Shown here: positions 14,051-25,606 of the stretch, one piece after another
Layout of the letters: each line of letters opens with the position of its first letter
Position numbering within the stretch: position 1 is the stretch's first letter
Source of the DNA: Octopus vulgaris
Lineage: Eukaryota
Direction: 5' to 3'
Assembly: GCA_951406725.2 (NCBI GenBank)
Contig: OX597831.1
Location: 39,122,001-39,186,000, forward strand
DNA length: 64,000 nt
The notes under the pieces: generated by a model
What the model was told of the DNA's origin: nothing
Seen by the model: only the letters and a program-made list of their open reading frames with translations
Databases searched by the model: none
Position numbers and translations under genes: made by a program

Positions 14051-14706
14051 CTCTCTCACGCACACACACACATACATACACACCTACATATATGCGTGGT
14101 TGTATATGTATATATGTTTGTCAATTCCATATATTTAACAACTGACTTCTTCACTAACATCTCATCTCTTCTCTACACTCCATTCATACATCACCATTCA
14201 TCATTCATACATCACTATATATTCATATGTCATAACTATTTTAATGCAATTCTTTCTATGGCCGCCATTTTCTTCTAGTTCATCGAACAGGTTTTACTCA
14301 TATTGGATTTTCCGATACCTATTTTTGTATTCCTCTCTGCTTCAAGTTCTGAAAACTAATGTATCCTGTCTATAACTGCTTTGTCATTATAAGCATTATA
14401 ATCTCAATACTTTATTTGCGTGCCATTTTTTTTCCTAGTTCAACCGGAGTTCAAATTAGAAGAAACTGCATTGATGTAAAACATGGGCAAAGAAAATAAA
14501 AGTAGAAATATTCCGGACATACTTTTATGAGATTACATATACTTATACAAACATACATACATACATCGATACATGCAACGATACATACATACGTACCATC
14601 ATTTATATACATACACACACATCTATCTATCTATCCATCTCTATATATATCTACCTATCAATCTATCTACCACTCTATCTATCTATGTATGTATCTATCT
14701 ATCTAT

Positions 14707-14794
<88 letters not shown>

Positions 14795-15080
14795 AAGAAC
14801 AGTTACTGCGAAAATGAAATTGTAGTTAGTTGGAACCATAGCGTCTCAAAATGGACGTCACTGCGCTGCATATTGATCGAACGCTGACCTAAACCTTGTG
14901 AGTGTAGTATCACACACGCACCCACACACACACACGCACCCACACGTACATACATGCATACATACATACATACATGCATACATACATACATACATAAATA
15001 CTTACATACATACATAAATAAATACATACATACATACATACATACATACATACATACATACATACATACATACATACATA

Positions 15081-15570
15081 GGATAGAGAAGAGATACTAT
15101 GTACAGTTGTGGTAATCAACTGCCCAGCGGATCTGCGAAAAAGAAAATACATACGCTGAACATTTGAGGAATCTCTAGCTATTCTGTCCAGGTTACAATT
15201 TCAGGTTTATGCCTGTAATTATTGGGGCAGTGGGATATGTAACACACTGCCTAAATACCAACCTTGAGAAATTAGGTTTCTCAGGACCAGGAAAGAGAAA
15301 ACTGATTCGAAGACAACCGATTCAATTCAGCACTGGATCTGTAAAGAGTCGTAAAACTTTCCAGAGTTTTATCATTTAAGTATATATGAGCCTGTCTATA
15401 TGTGCAACTGGACGCATGAGAATATATGCATAAAACATAACATACAAGGCTGCACATATACATGCATAGAAAATTGATGTTGCTAAAATTCCGATGAAGG
15501 AGTCTTGAATCTAGGTTAGAAACCGGCTGTTATTCTTTTGGCAAGAAACCTTGAAATAAAACTGAATAGA
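15081..15570 (+). mobile_element. 3' end of RLE-type non-LTR retrotransposon in (TACA)n
   Basis: DREEILCTVVVINCPAD/EKENTYAEHLRNL*LFCPGYNFRFMPVIIGAVGYV...TGSVKSRKTFQSFII* is the second half of a restriction-like endonuclease domain (E-x-S/T-C-P, K-x2-3-Y, P-V-I-I-G-A-x-G). A second, more decayed piece lies at ~15595-15730. Confidence 0.8.
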
Positions 15571-16067
15571 GACATATATACATACATATAATCGCCGTAA
15601 AAGGAATATATACGCTGAGCAAATGTGTAAATTACAGCGAAACTAATCAGATTACAAGTTCAGGTTCATACCTGTTATTATTGTAGAACAGTGATATGTA
15701 ACAAACTGCCAAAAGCACCAATCTTGAGAAGGAGGGGGTGGCAGTGAATGGAAATTTTGTTGGGGTAGGGTTGTTTCATTTTACTATCAAACATGGGGAT
15801 AATTTTCTTTGAAAATGAAAAGTTCCGTTTGTGAATCAGGATGTGAAATTTGTAATGATGGGACGAAGTGAAAGTGGGGGTGGGTAGGTGCATGGTTGTT
15901 GCCATGGTGTGATTCAAAGTTGTAATATTAGTTAGTGTAGCAATATCTAGAATTATGAAGTGTTGTCAAATGTAGCTGTGTGGTAAGAACTTCGCTTCTC
16001 AAACACACAGTTCCAGGTTCAGTCCCACTGTGTGGCACCTCAGGCAAGCGTCTTCTACAATAGTTCT

Positions 16068-16660
16068 TTTTTTTTTATTGCCCATAAGGGGCTAATCATA
16101 GAGGGGACAAACAAGGACAGGCAAAGGCATTAAGTCGATTATATCGACCCCAGTGCGTAACTGCTACTTAATTTATTGACCCCGAAAGGATAAAAGGCAA
16201 AGTCGACCTCGGCGGGATTTGAACTCAGAACGTAACGACAGACAAATTGCCTATTTCTTTATTGCCCACAAGGGGCTACACACAGAGGGGACAAACAAGG
16301 ACAGACAAACGGATTAAATCGATTATATCGGCCCCAGTGCGTAACTGCTACTTATTTAATCGACCCCGAATGGATGAAAGGCAAAGTTGACCTCGGCGGA
16401 ATTTGAACTCAGGACCTTAACGGCAGACGAAATACCTATTTCTTTATTACCCATAAGGGGCTAAACACAGAGGGGACAAACAAGGACAGACATAGGTATT
16501 AAGTCGATTACATCGACCCCAGTGCGTAACTGGTACTTAATTTATCGACCCCGAAAGGATGAAAGGCAAAGTCGACCTCGGCGGAATTTGAACTCAGGAC
16601 GTTAACGGCAGACGAAATACCGCTAAACATTTCGCCCGGCGTGCTAACGTTTCTGCCAGC
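16068..16660 (-). mobile_element. SINE family B, three head-to-tail units, interrupting a SINE A head (15970-16063)
   Basis: Three ~185-bp repeats containing the reverse complement of GAGTTCAAATTCCGCCGAGGTCGACTTTGCCTTTCATCCTTTCGGGGTCGATAAATTAAGTACCAG. The central motif resembles the Nin/Meta-type SINE domain (from recall). Confidence 0.85.
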
Positions 16661-16733
16661 ACAAAACAAGAAAGTAGAATTCTACTGCGACTACAGGTTC
16701 AAGCCATCAACAGAACAGTGAAAATTTTATATA

Positions 16734-16768
<35 letters not shown>

Positions 16769-17009
16769 CAGAATTTCATGAGAAATGTATTTATGTGATT
16801 GGAGATTATCATAAAATAAAAACAAGCAAACAATACCATATTACGTTCCTTTCTTTTAAGATAATCAAACATTTTGATGATTCACTGTTTATTAATTATC
16901 TAATGGCAAAGAAGCATTGTATAAGCAATTGGTGATTTCTCTGTAAGGCAAAGTTCGTAACCAGATTATAAATTCACTTTGCTTATATATGTTCTTGAAA
17001 ACGTCATGA

Positions 17010-17045
<36 letters not shown>

Positions 17046-17423
17046 CTATATATATGTTTCTGTGTTCTGATGAGTAAGCAGAAGATTCCGTTCTGAAAAT
17101 ATACAGAGTAATCCATTAATCAGCATAAGATGTTTGCTGCGTATATGTTATGTTACCTTTCGAGATTAGTATGTCATTGTTGGCAGGGACGGTAATGATG
17201 ATGGTGGTGGCGATGATGGCGGCGGTGGTGCTGGCGGCGGCGGCGGTGGCAGCGGCGGTGGTGGTGGTGGTGGTGGTGGTGGTGTTGGTGGTGGTGGTGG
17301 TGGTGGTGGTGGTGGTGGTGGTGGTGGTGGTGGTTGTGGTTGTGGTGGTGTTGGCGGTGCAGATGCTGGTGATATTTACATGTAACGACTAACGTATATT
17401 AGAATCTATATACAAACATCCAC

Positions 17424-17470
<47 letters not shown>

Positions 17471-17568
17471 TAAAAACGGTAAGATAACAAAAGAAAGAAA
17501 GAGACCTCAGTATTATGTAAATAGAGGAATTTATCTGTAAATATAATGAGACAATTACTCGGTAGCCA

Positions 17569-17709
<141 letters not shown>

Positions 17710-17805
17710 TGTATGTATAAGAGCCGAAAATTAAGAGAAATTTTCTACCACCGGCTAGCATGCGTAATAAAGTCAATTAACGACATTTTTCATATAAAAT
17801 AGTGC

Positions 17806-18238
17806 ACGTAATTATACACAAAAGAGGTGACCTTTAATAGGATACCTTACATGATAGACAGGGTTGTTAAAGCCCAAACCAGGAATAAGAGTAATTTCAA
17901 AAGGAATGAAAGAGATGAAAAGTATTTCTATAGTTAGCCCTAGACTCGAGTTTCTGCATTAATGTGCAAATAAATTAATTTGCCGTCCGTGCTTCTTGAG
18001 TAAAGGCGCTAAGATTAATGCATACTTATGCAGCACGGAGAATACACGTGCTAGATACTTATGGTAGATTAATTCATTTGCACTTTATTGCAGAAACTCG
18101 ATTCTAGTGATAACTATAGAAACATATTTATTTTTTATTCGCTTTGAATTAATTCTTATTCGTGCTTTGGGCTTTAACTGGCCTTTTTATCATGTAAGGT
18201 GTCCTGTTAAAGATCATCTCTTTTGTGTATAAATACGT
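17806..18238. repeat. Old imperfect foldback inverted repeat (arms ~17806-17984 and ~18063-18238)
   Basis: TATACACAAAAGAGGTGACC.../...GATCATCTCTTTTGTGTATA and inner segments pair. Each arm holds a hammerhead-like 3' half (UGCA-GAAA-CUCGAG-UC on the minus strand at 17943-17958). The left copy extends to a terminal hairpin at ~17720. Confidence 0.85.
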
Positions 18239-18248
18239 ATATAAATAC

Positions 18249-18346
<98 letters not shown>

Positions 18347-18350
18347 TATG

Positions 18351-18443
<93 letters not shown>

Positions 18444-19005
18444 ATTCTGGATTACAAACGCCCGACGGACGGGAACGTGAAACTCTGAGTGGCAGTATTT
18501 TGTGATATTTTTCTAATGTTTTTGTAACTTCAATAATAAAGTACACACACACACACATGCACACGCGCACTAACATACACACACACACATACACACACAC
18601 GCACGCACGCACACAATCACACACGCACACACACACGCACGCACGCACACAATCACACACGCACACACACACACACAGCGCATGGATGATCGTCTATATT
18701 TGTAAGGTATTTTATATTGTATGGATTGATTATCCTCTTACTATTTTGAGGTGTGTGGTACAGTGTGTTGCGATTGCTTCTTGTTGTAAAGGCATGTTCA
18801 GGTTAGGAGACGTGGTTGTGCGAGCATGACCAACGTAACAACTGGAGTTGTGAATTTTATAGCTTTCAGTTTTACAATCAAATTTGTAGATCATGTTTGG
18901 TCATTAGTGACACGTATATACAATGGACTCTCCCGCTAAATAGGGCTAAATAGCGGTGATGTGATTCTCTTTATGCGACTGTCACATTAAGTTGACAGTA
19001 TACAA

Positions 19006-19058
<53 letters not shown>

Positions 19059-19059
19059 G

Positions 19060-19127
<68 letters not shown>

Positions 19128-19130
<3 letters not shown>

Positions 19131-19290
19131 TCGCTCAGGATTGATGAAGCATGGAATAAACTAGCCGCATCCGTCGTTAGCTGTTGAGATACTACATCCT
19201 TGAAAACTTGCACGCTTCCAGAAATCCGCCAACAGTACAATTGATGGCTTTTTTTTCTTAGTTGCAGTGCACCTGAGTACTGTATACAAC
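19128..19290 (+). pseudogene. CR1/L2-type LINE extreme 3' end
   Basis: FSLRIDEAWNKLAASVVSC*DTTSLK resembles the 'FSxRVVxxWNxLPxxVV...SFK' terminal motif. Confidence 0.6.
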
Positions 19291-19335
19291 AATTTCTTTC
19301 ATGTATATACATACATAAATATATATATATATATA

Positions 19336-19866
<531 letters not shown>

Positions 19867-21247
19867 TAAAGGGAACCAGTGAAATAAATACTCAGGGCAG
19901 GCAAGGGTTTAACACGTTAAGTATGATTTAACAAGCATGTTTGAGTTAGACTGATTGCCTGCCATCGTGAATGAAGCAAGTGGGAATATATGATATGTGC
20001 TTAAAATGACAACACATCCATCTGCTGCGAAATACAAATAGTCACAGGCACATTCGCATAAACATACACAAAAAATAACACAACACAACACAACACACAG
20101 ATACATTCATCAATAGAGACACACACAGTATCACTGGCACAGAAATGCATGCTTATATCAGGCACAGAAACGCACACCGAACACTACACAGATTCTATGT
20201 GCTGTGAGGAGTAATAATACGTTTGATATTTCGATATCTCAAAGCTGTCACTCCAGGCTACCACTGTCAATAAGAAGCTAATATAAACATCCAATTTAAT
20301 CTTTAAATTATATCCAGTGATATTTCGTTGAGCCTATTAATCCATTATGTGCGAAGTTTGCTGTAAAAGTACACGAAAATGTAAGCGTTACCACGATGAT
20401 TCTCAACAGAGTTTCATATGGCATTTGTCGGGTCATAACATTTCTCGGTTCTTAACATTCATCTACTATAAGCTGATTTTATAAAACACAACATATTTTA
20501 ATTTTTTAATCTAGGTCTTAAGAAAATTCAATTAAAAATCAAGGTTGTATTCTTTTTATATATATAAAATGGATGTGGAGGTCCCGTAATATAAAATAGG
20601 AACCAATGCGAACCATTGCCTTAAGGAATTCTGAAAGTAGTATAGACGTGGCGCAGGTTTGGAAAATCAACGATCTGACTGTCAATCAACTGCTCTATAA
20701 CAGAGTTCATCTCTGTCAAAATACTAGTAAACAGCATGCATGAATGAATATATTCTCAGACAGGCCAGGGTTGCGAGTTTCAATTTGTTTACATGTGCAC
20801 GATGTGAAAAGTGAGAAATTCTTGACATATGTGCGATGACACAAATGTGAATACACTCACACACACATACACACAAACACACACTCAAATACACAAACAC
20901 ATACACACTGTTGTATATACAGACACACACATACACCAAAATATAATTCTGTATTTATGTGTGTGTGTGTATGTGTATTTCCGTGTATATATGTATATGT
21001 ATATGCATGTATATGTATGTCTTGTATGTATGTCTAGGTGTGTAAGGAGATATATGTATCAAGTATACGTGTATGTGTGTGTGTGTGTGTGAGTGTGTGT
21101 GCATCTGTGTGCATCTGTGTCTATATGGATGTATTTGCTTTCATGTGTATATATATGTGCGTGTGTGTGTAGATAAAACTTACTTGGAAAAGGATGCGTG
21201 GCGTTCGATCATATGATATAAATAATATATAAATATATGTATGTATG

Positions 21248-21288
<41 letters not shown>

Positions 21289-21507
21289 TCAATATAGGGT
21301 GGCAAAAAAATTTTGTAGAATTCTTTTGCCACCAGCGGCTAGTGGGAAAAAATTAAATAGTCATAAACCATTTTTAAGTTCAACATCACAATCAAGGAAC
21401 GGCCATAATAGGCCATTCACCCACTAGAAATAACAGCCAAAAGCTTTAACCGCAAAATAACGTCAATTCCGTAAACCAGGAGAAAATTAAAAAACATTTA
21501 CCCTGTA

Positions 21508-21614
21508 ATTTCTTAGACGATGCACCGTTTCATCTACTGTTTAATGGAAGACTAACCTGATTAAATTAAATCAAGCCAATCTACCATAGGCCCTTAGATT
21601 CATCAGTAAGAAAT
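21508..21614 (-). ncRNA. Type I hammerhead ribozyme, array copy (minus)
   Basis: Reverse complement of the 22397-22503 motif. One U>C change converts a G-U to a G-C pair in the stem II extension. Confidence 0.85.
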
Positions 21615-22396
21615 AGCCAAGCCGGAACAGATATTTTTCACGAGGCATTCTCGTTGCTACCTCGTCAATATCTGACCTAAAATTTTCAAATCGTCGCACT
21701 CGCGCCAAATTTATCGGCAGCAAATAAATATAAGCCGCCGATTCCATTACGGAATTAACCAGAAAATTCATAATTAATCAATATAGGGTGGCAAAAAAAT
21801 TTTGTAGAATTCTTTTGCCACCAGCGGCCTAGTGGGAAAAAATTAAATAGTCATAAACCATTTTTAAGTTCAACATCACAATCAAGGAACGGCCATAATA
21901 GGCCATTCACCCACTAGAAATAACAGCCAATTCCATTACGGAATTAACCAGAAAATTTAATCAGGTTAGTTTTCCATTAAACAGTAGATGAAACGGTGCA
22001 TCGTCTAAGAAATTACAGGGTAAATGTTTTTTAATTTTCTCCTGGTTTACGGAATTGACGTTATTTTGCGGTTAAAGCTTTTGGCTGTTATTTCTAGTGG
22101 GTGAATGGCCTATTATGGCCGTTCCTTGATTGTGATGTTGAACTTAAAAATGGTTTATGACTATTTAATTTTTTCCCACTAGGCCGCTGGTGGCAAAAGA
22201 ATTCTACAAAATTTTTTTGCCACCCTATATTGATTAATTATGAATTTTCTGGTTAATTCCGTAATGGAATCGGCGGCTTATATTTATTTGCTGCCGATAA
22301 ATTTGGCGCGAGTGCGACGATTTGAAAATTTTAGGTCAGATATTGACGAGGTAGCAACGAGAATGCCTCGTGAAAAATATCTGTTCCGGCTTGGCT

Positions 22397-22503
22397 ATTT
22401 CTTACTGATGAATCTAAGGGCCTATGGTAGATTGGCTTGATTTAATTTAATCAGGTTAGTTTTCCATTAAACAGTAGATGAAACGGTGCATCGTCTAAGA
22501 AAT
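22397..22503 (+). ncRNA. Type I hammerhead ribozyme, array copy 1
   Basis: AUUUCUUA-CUGAUGA-AUCUA-[58 nt incl. a 19-bp stem]-UAGAU-GAAA-CGGUGCAUCG-UC-UAAGAAAU. Perfect core, 8-bp helix I, GUC triplet, predicted cleavage after 22495. Confidence 0.9.
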
Positions 22504-22886
22504 TACAGGGTAAATGTTTTTTAATTTTCTCCTGGTTTACGGAATTGACGTTATTTTGCGGTTAAAGCTTTTGGCTGTTATTTCTAGTGGGTGAATGGCC
22601 TATTATGGCCGTTCCTTGATTGTGATGTTGAACTTAAAAATGGTTTATGACTATTTAATTTTTTCCCACTAGGCCGCTGGTGGCAAAAGAATTCTACAAA
22701 ATTTTTTTGCCACCCTATATTGATTAATTATGAATTTTCTGGTTAATTCCGTAATGGAATCGGCGGCTTATATTTATTTGCTGCCGATAAATTTGGCGCG
22801 AGTGCGACGATTTGAAAATTTTAGGTCAGATATTGACGAGGTAGCAACGAGAATGCCTCGTGAAAAATATCTGTTCCGGCTTGGCT

Positions 22887-22993
22887 ATTTCTTACTGATG
22901 AATCTAAGGGCCTATGGTAGATTGGCTTGATTTAATTTAATCAGGTTAGTTTTCCATTAAACAGTAGATGAAACGGTGCATCGTCTAAGAAAT
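22887..22993 (+). ncRNA. Type I hammerhead ribozyme, array copy 2
   Basis: Identical to copy 1; predicted cleavage after 22985. Confidence 0.9.
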
Positions 22994-23377
22994 TACAGGG
23001 TAAATGTTTTTTAATTTTCTCCTGGTTTACGGAATTGACGTTATTTTGCGGTTAAAGCTTTTGGCTGTTATTTCTAGTGGGTGAATGGCCTATTATGGCC
23101 GTTCCTTGATTGTGATGTTGAACTTAAAAATGGTTTATGACTATTTAATTTTTTTCCCACTAGGCCGCTGGTGGCAAAAGAATTCTACAAAATTTTTTTG
23201 CCACCCTATATTGATTAATTATGAATTTTCTGGTTAATTCCGTAATGGAATCGGCGGCTTATATTTATTTGCTGCCGATAAATTTGGCGCGAGTGCGACG
23301 ATTTGAAAATTTTAGGTCAGATATTGACGAGGTAGCAACGAGAATGCCTCGTGAAAAATATCTGTTCCGGCTTGGCT

Positions 23378-23484
23378 ATTTCTTACTGATGAATCTAAGG
23401 GCCTATGGTAGATTGGCTTGATTTAATTTAATCAGGTTAGTTTTCCATTAAACAGTAGATGAAACGGTGCATCGTCTAAGAAAT
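23378..23484 (+). ncRNA. Type I hammerhead ribozyme, array copy 3
   Basis: Identical to copy 1; predicted cleavage after 23476. Confidence 0.9.
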
Positions 23485-23602
23485 TACAGGGTAAATGTTT
23501 TTTAATTTTCTCCTGGTTTACGGAATTGACGTTATTTTGCGGTTAAAGCTTTTGGCTGTTATTTCTAGTGGGTGAATGGCCTATTATGGCCGTTCCTTGA
23601 TT

Positions 23603-23672
<70 letters not shown>

Positions 23673-23755
23673 GGTCCCGGGTTGAGTCGGGGTTAACCAC
23701 AGTAAATAAGGTACTCAATACATAGCAGAGTAAATTAATTTATTTTATAGAAGGA

Positions 23756-23804
23756 GCTTCTACAGGACTAGAACTGTTTCATTCAAAAGAAATCATCAGG
23801 AAGC
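23756..23804 (-). ncRNA. Type I hammerhead ribozyme (mirror copy)
   Basis: Reverse complement of 23805-23853. Confidence 0.75.
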
Positions 23805-23853
23805 GCTTCCTGATGATTTCTTTTGAATGAAACAGTTCTAGTCCTGTAGAAGC
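23805..23853 (+). ncRNA. Type I hammerhead ribozyme
   Basis: GCUUC-CUGAUGA-u-UUC-uuuu-GAA-u-GAAA-CAG-uucuaguc-CUG-UA-GAAGC. All three helices pair; GUA triplet. Confidence 0.75.
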
Positions 23854-23885
23854 TCCTTCTATAAAATAAATATATATATATATGC

Positions 23886-24024
<139 letters not shown>

Positions 24025-24848
24025 TGTATGCATACACACGCGTCTAAACACACACACATATATATATGTACTTAGGTATGCAAGTACGTATGAATGTATG
24101 TACGCACGCAAGTATGTATGTCAGTTCACTTGTGAAATCCCTCTTGTATTCTGCTGGTAACATGGAATACAATACAAACTGTTGTATGGTGGGGTTCTGA
24201 ACGACTAACACGGCACCCCCATTAGCTTTGCTTTGTCAGAAGGGTTGCTAGAAACCCACCAAGACTAAAACAAAACCTACCAAAAGGACGGATGAACCTA
24301 CAATAGGTTCAATAGCTAGCTACCACTAGTACAGGTCCTCTGGTTAGTGTTTGGTGTCCTGGTAGACCACTTGTAGTGAAGAACCCCTCAGTTTTTATTA
24401 AAACATGTCTCTAGGAGTTTACTCTGATATAAAACCAGATATGCAAGGAATGGCATTGAACATTTTGGGTATTAGTTTGCGCTTCTAATGATGGTCGTCT
24501 CACATTTCTGAGATTGTGACCCATATTGACCCTGAATATCTTTTTCTGTCTTCTGGATCATTATTAATAGAGGGAATAGGGTCTGTGAGGTTCACTTCAA
24601 ACCTTATTGACTAAAACTTTGGGGGTTGTGCTATCGCCAGCGAGGCGACTTTCCGCTGCCCGGTCATATAAAATAAGGTCGCGGCGATCATGGAAACCGC
24701 GGGAGCAGACCCGATTGAAAGCGTACTTCCAGTTTAATAACCACAAGTAGGGACATTGCTAGCAGTTTGCATTAGCAATGGTTAGCGATGATCTTTCTCG
24801 ATCACGAATGGAAACCCATCGCCATCATATCTGAATGTATGTATGTAT

Positions 24849-25076
24849 GCGGCTAGCTGGCAGAAACGTTAGCACGCTGGGCGAAGTGCGTAGCCGTATT
24901 TCGTCTGCCGTTACGTTCTGAGTTCAAATTCCGCCGAGGTCGACTTTGCCTTTCATCCTTTCGGGGTCGATAAATTAAGTACCAGTTACGCACTGGGGTC
25001 GATGTAATCGACTTAATCCGTTTGTCTGTCCTTGTTTGTCCCCTCTGTGTTTAACCCCTTGTGGGTAGTAAAGAAA
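24849..25076 (+). mobile_element. SINE family B, full length (an inverted partial copy follows at ~25115-25273)
   Basis: GCGGCTAGCTGGCAGAAACGTTAG ... GAGTTCAAATTCC (B box) ... GGGTAGTAAAGAAATA. Confidence 0.85.
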
Positions 25077-25566
25077 TATATATATGTATATCTATATATT
25101 TATATATAAAATAATGATTTCAAATGTTTGCCAAAAAAAGCAGCTTGGGATGTGAGGATTTAGTTGATTACATAGACCCCAGTGCGTAACTGGTACTTAT
25201 TTCATCGAGCACCAACCGGATGAAAGGCAAAGTCGACCCCAGCGGAATTTGAACTCGGAAATACCGCTAAGCATGTGTATGTATATATATATATATAAAG
25301 TAATGAAATATGCAGCGTTTGGGGATAACACAGCCTATTGCTATAATTAATTTGAAACGCAAAGTAAGCTATCTATCGTATCCGTATTCATTTTTTTTAT
25401 GTATAATACTAAAAGAGTTTTAACCAAACTTTAAACATTAAGCGAAGTGTTTAGCGCAGCTAATTTTCTTGCTTCGTGAAAAGAACATACATATATTCAC
25501 ATACCTACACACACAAACAGACACACATGACTATTTCCAAACACGCTCACACACATACATATGCTC

Positions 25567-25606
<40 letters not shown>

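Larger units (their letters stand above)
21283..23607. repeat. 490-bp hammerhead-containing tandem/inverted array (retrozyme-like or Penelope pLTR-like) in (TA)n
   Basis: Minus: unit 21283-21771, partial 21772-21930, 27-nt jump fragment 21931-21957. Plus: partial ~21954-22239, full 22240-22729, full 22730-23220, partial 23221-23607. Units differ only by single-base indels and one substitution. (TA)n on both flanks. Confidence 0.95.
23738..23871. repeat. Perfect 134-bp spacerless palindrome
   Basis: Centre between 23804 and 23805 (GGAAGC|GCTTCC). 67-bp arms with no mismatch seen. Confidence 0.95.

Noticed and set aside
15488-15527. Hammerhead-like CCGATGA...GAAACCGG in the RLE element 3' UTR
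   Set aside because: The core is not conserved in the homologues (CCAATGA at 12708; TCAGTGA on the minus strand at ~46844-46850) and there is no helix I. Likely an ordinary 3' UTR stem-loop.
20392-20618. Possible hAT MITE remnants (also ~24189-24388 and ~53906)
   Set aside because: TIR-like ends are too degenerate and no TSD is visible.
22347-22383. Second hammerhead in the array unit (TTGACGA...GAAA)
   Set aside because: The would-be core pairs within an ACGAGGTA/TGCCTCGT hairpin, and U3 with G8 breaks the core pair. It is a plain stem-loop.
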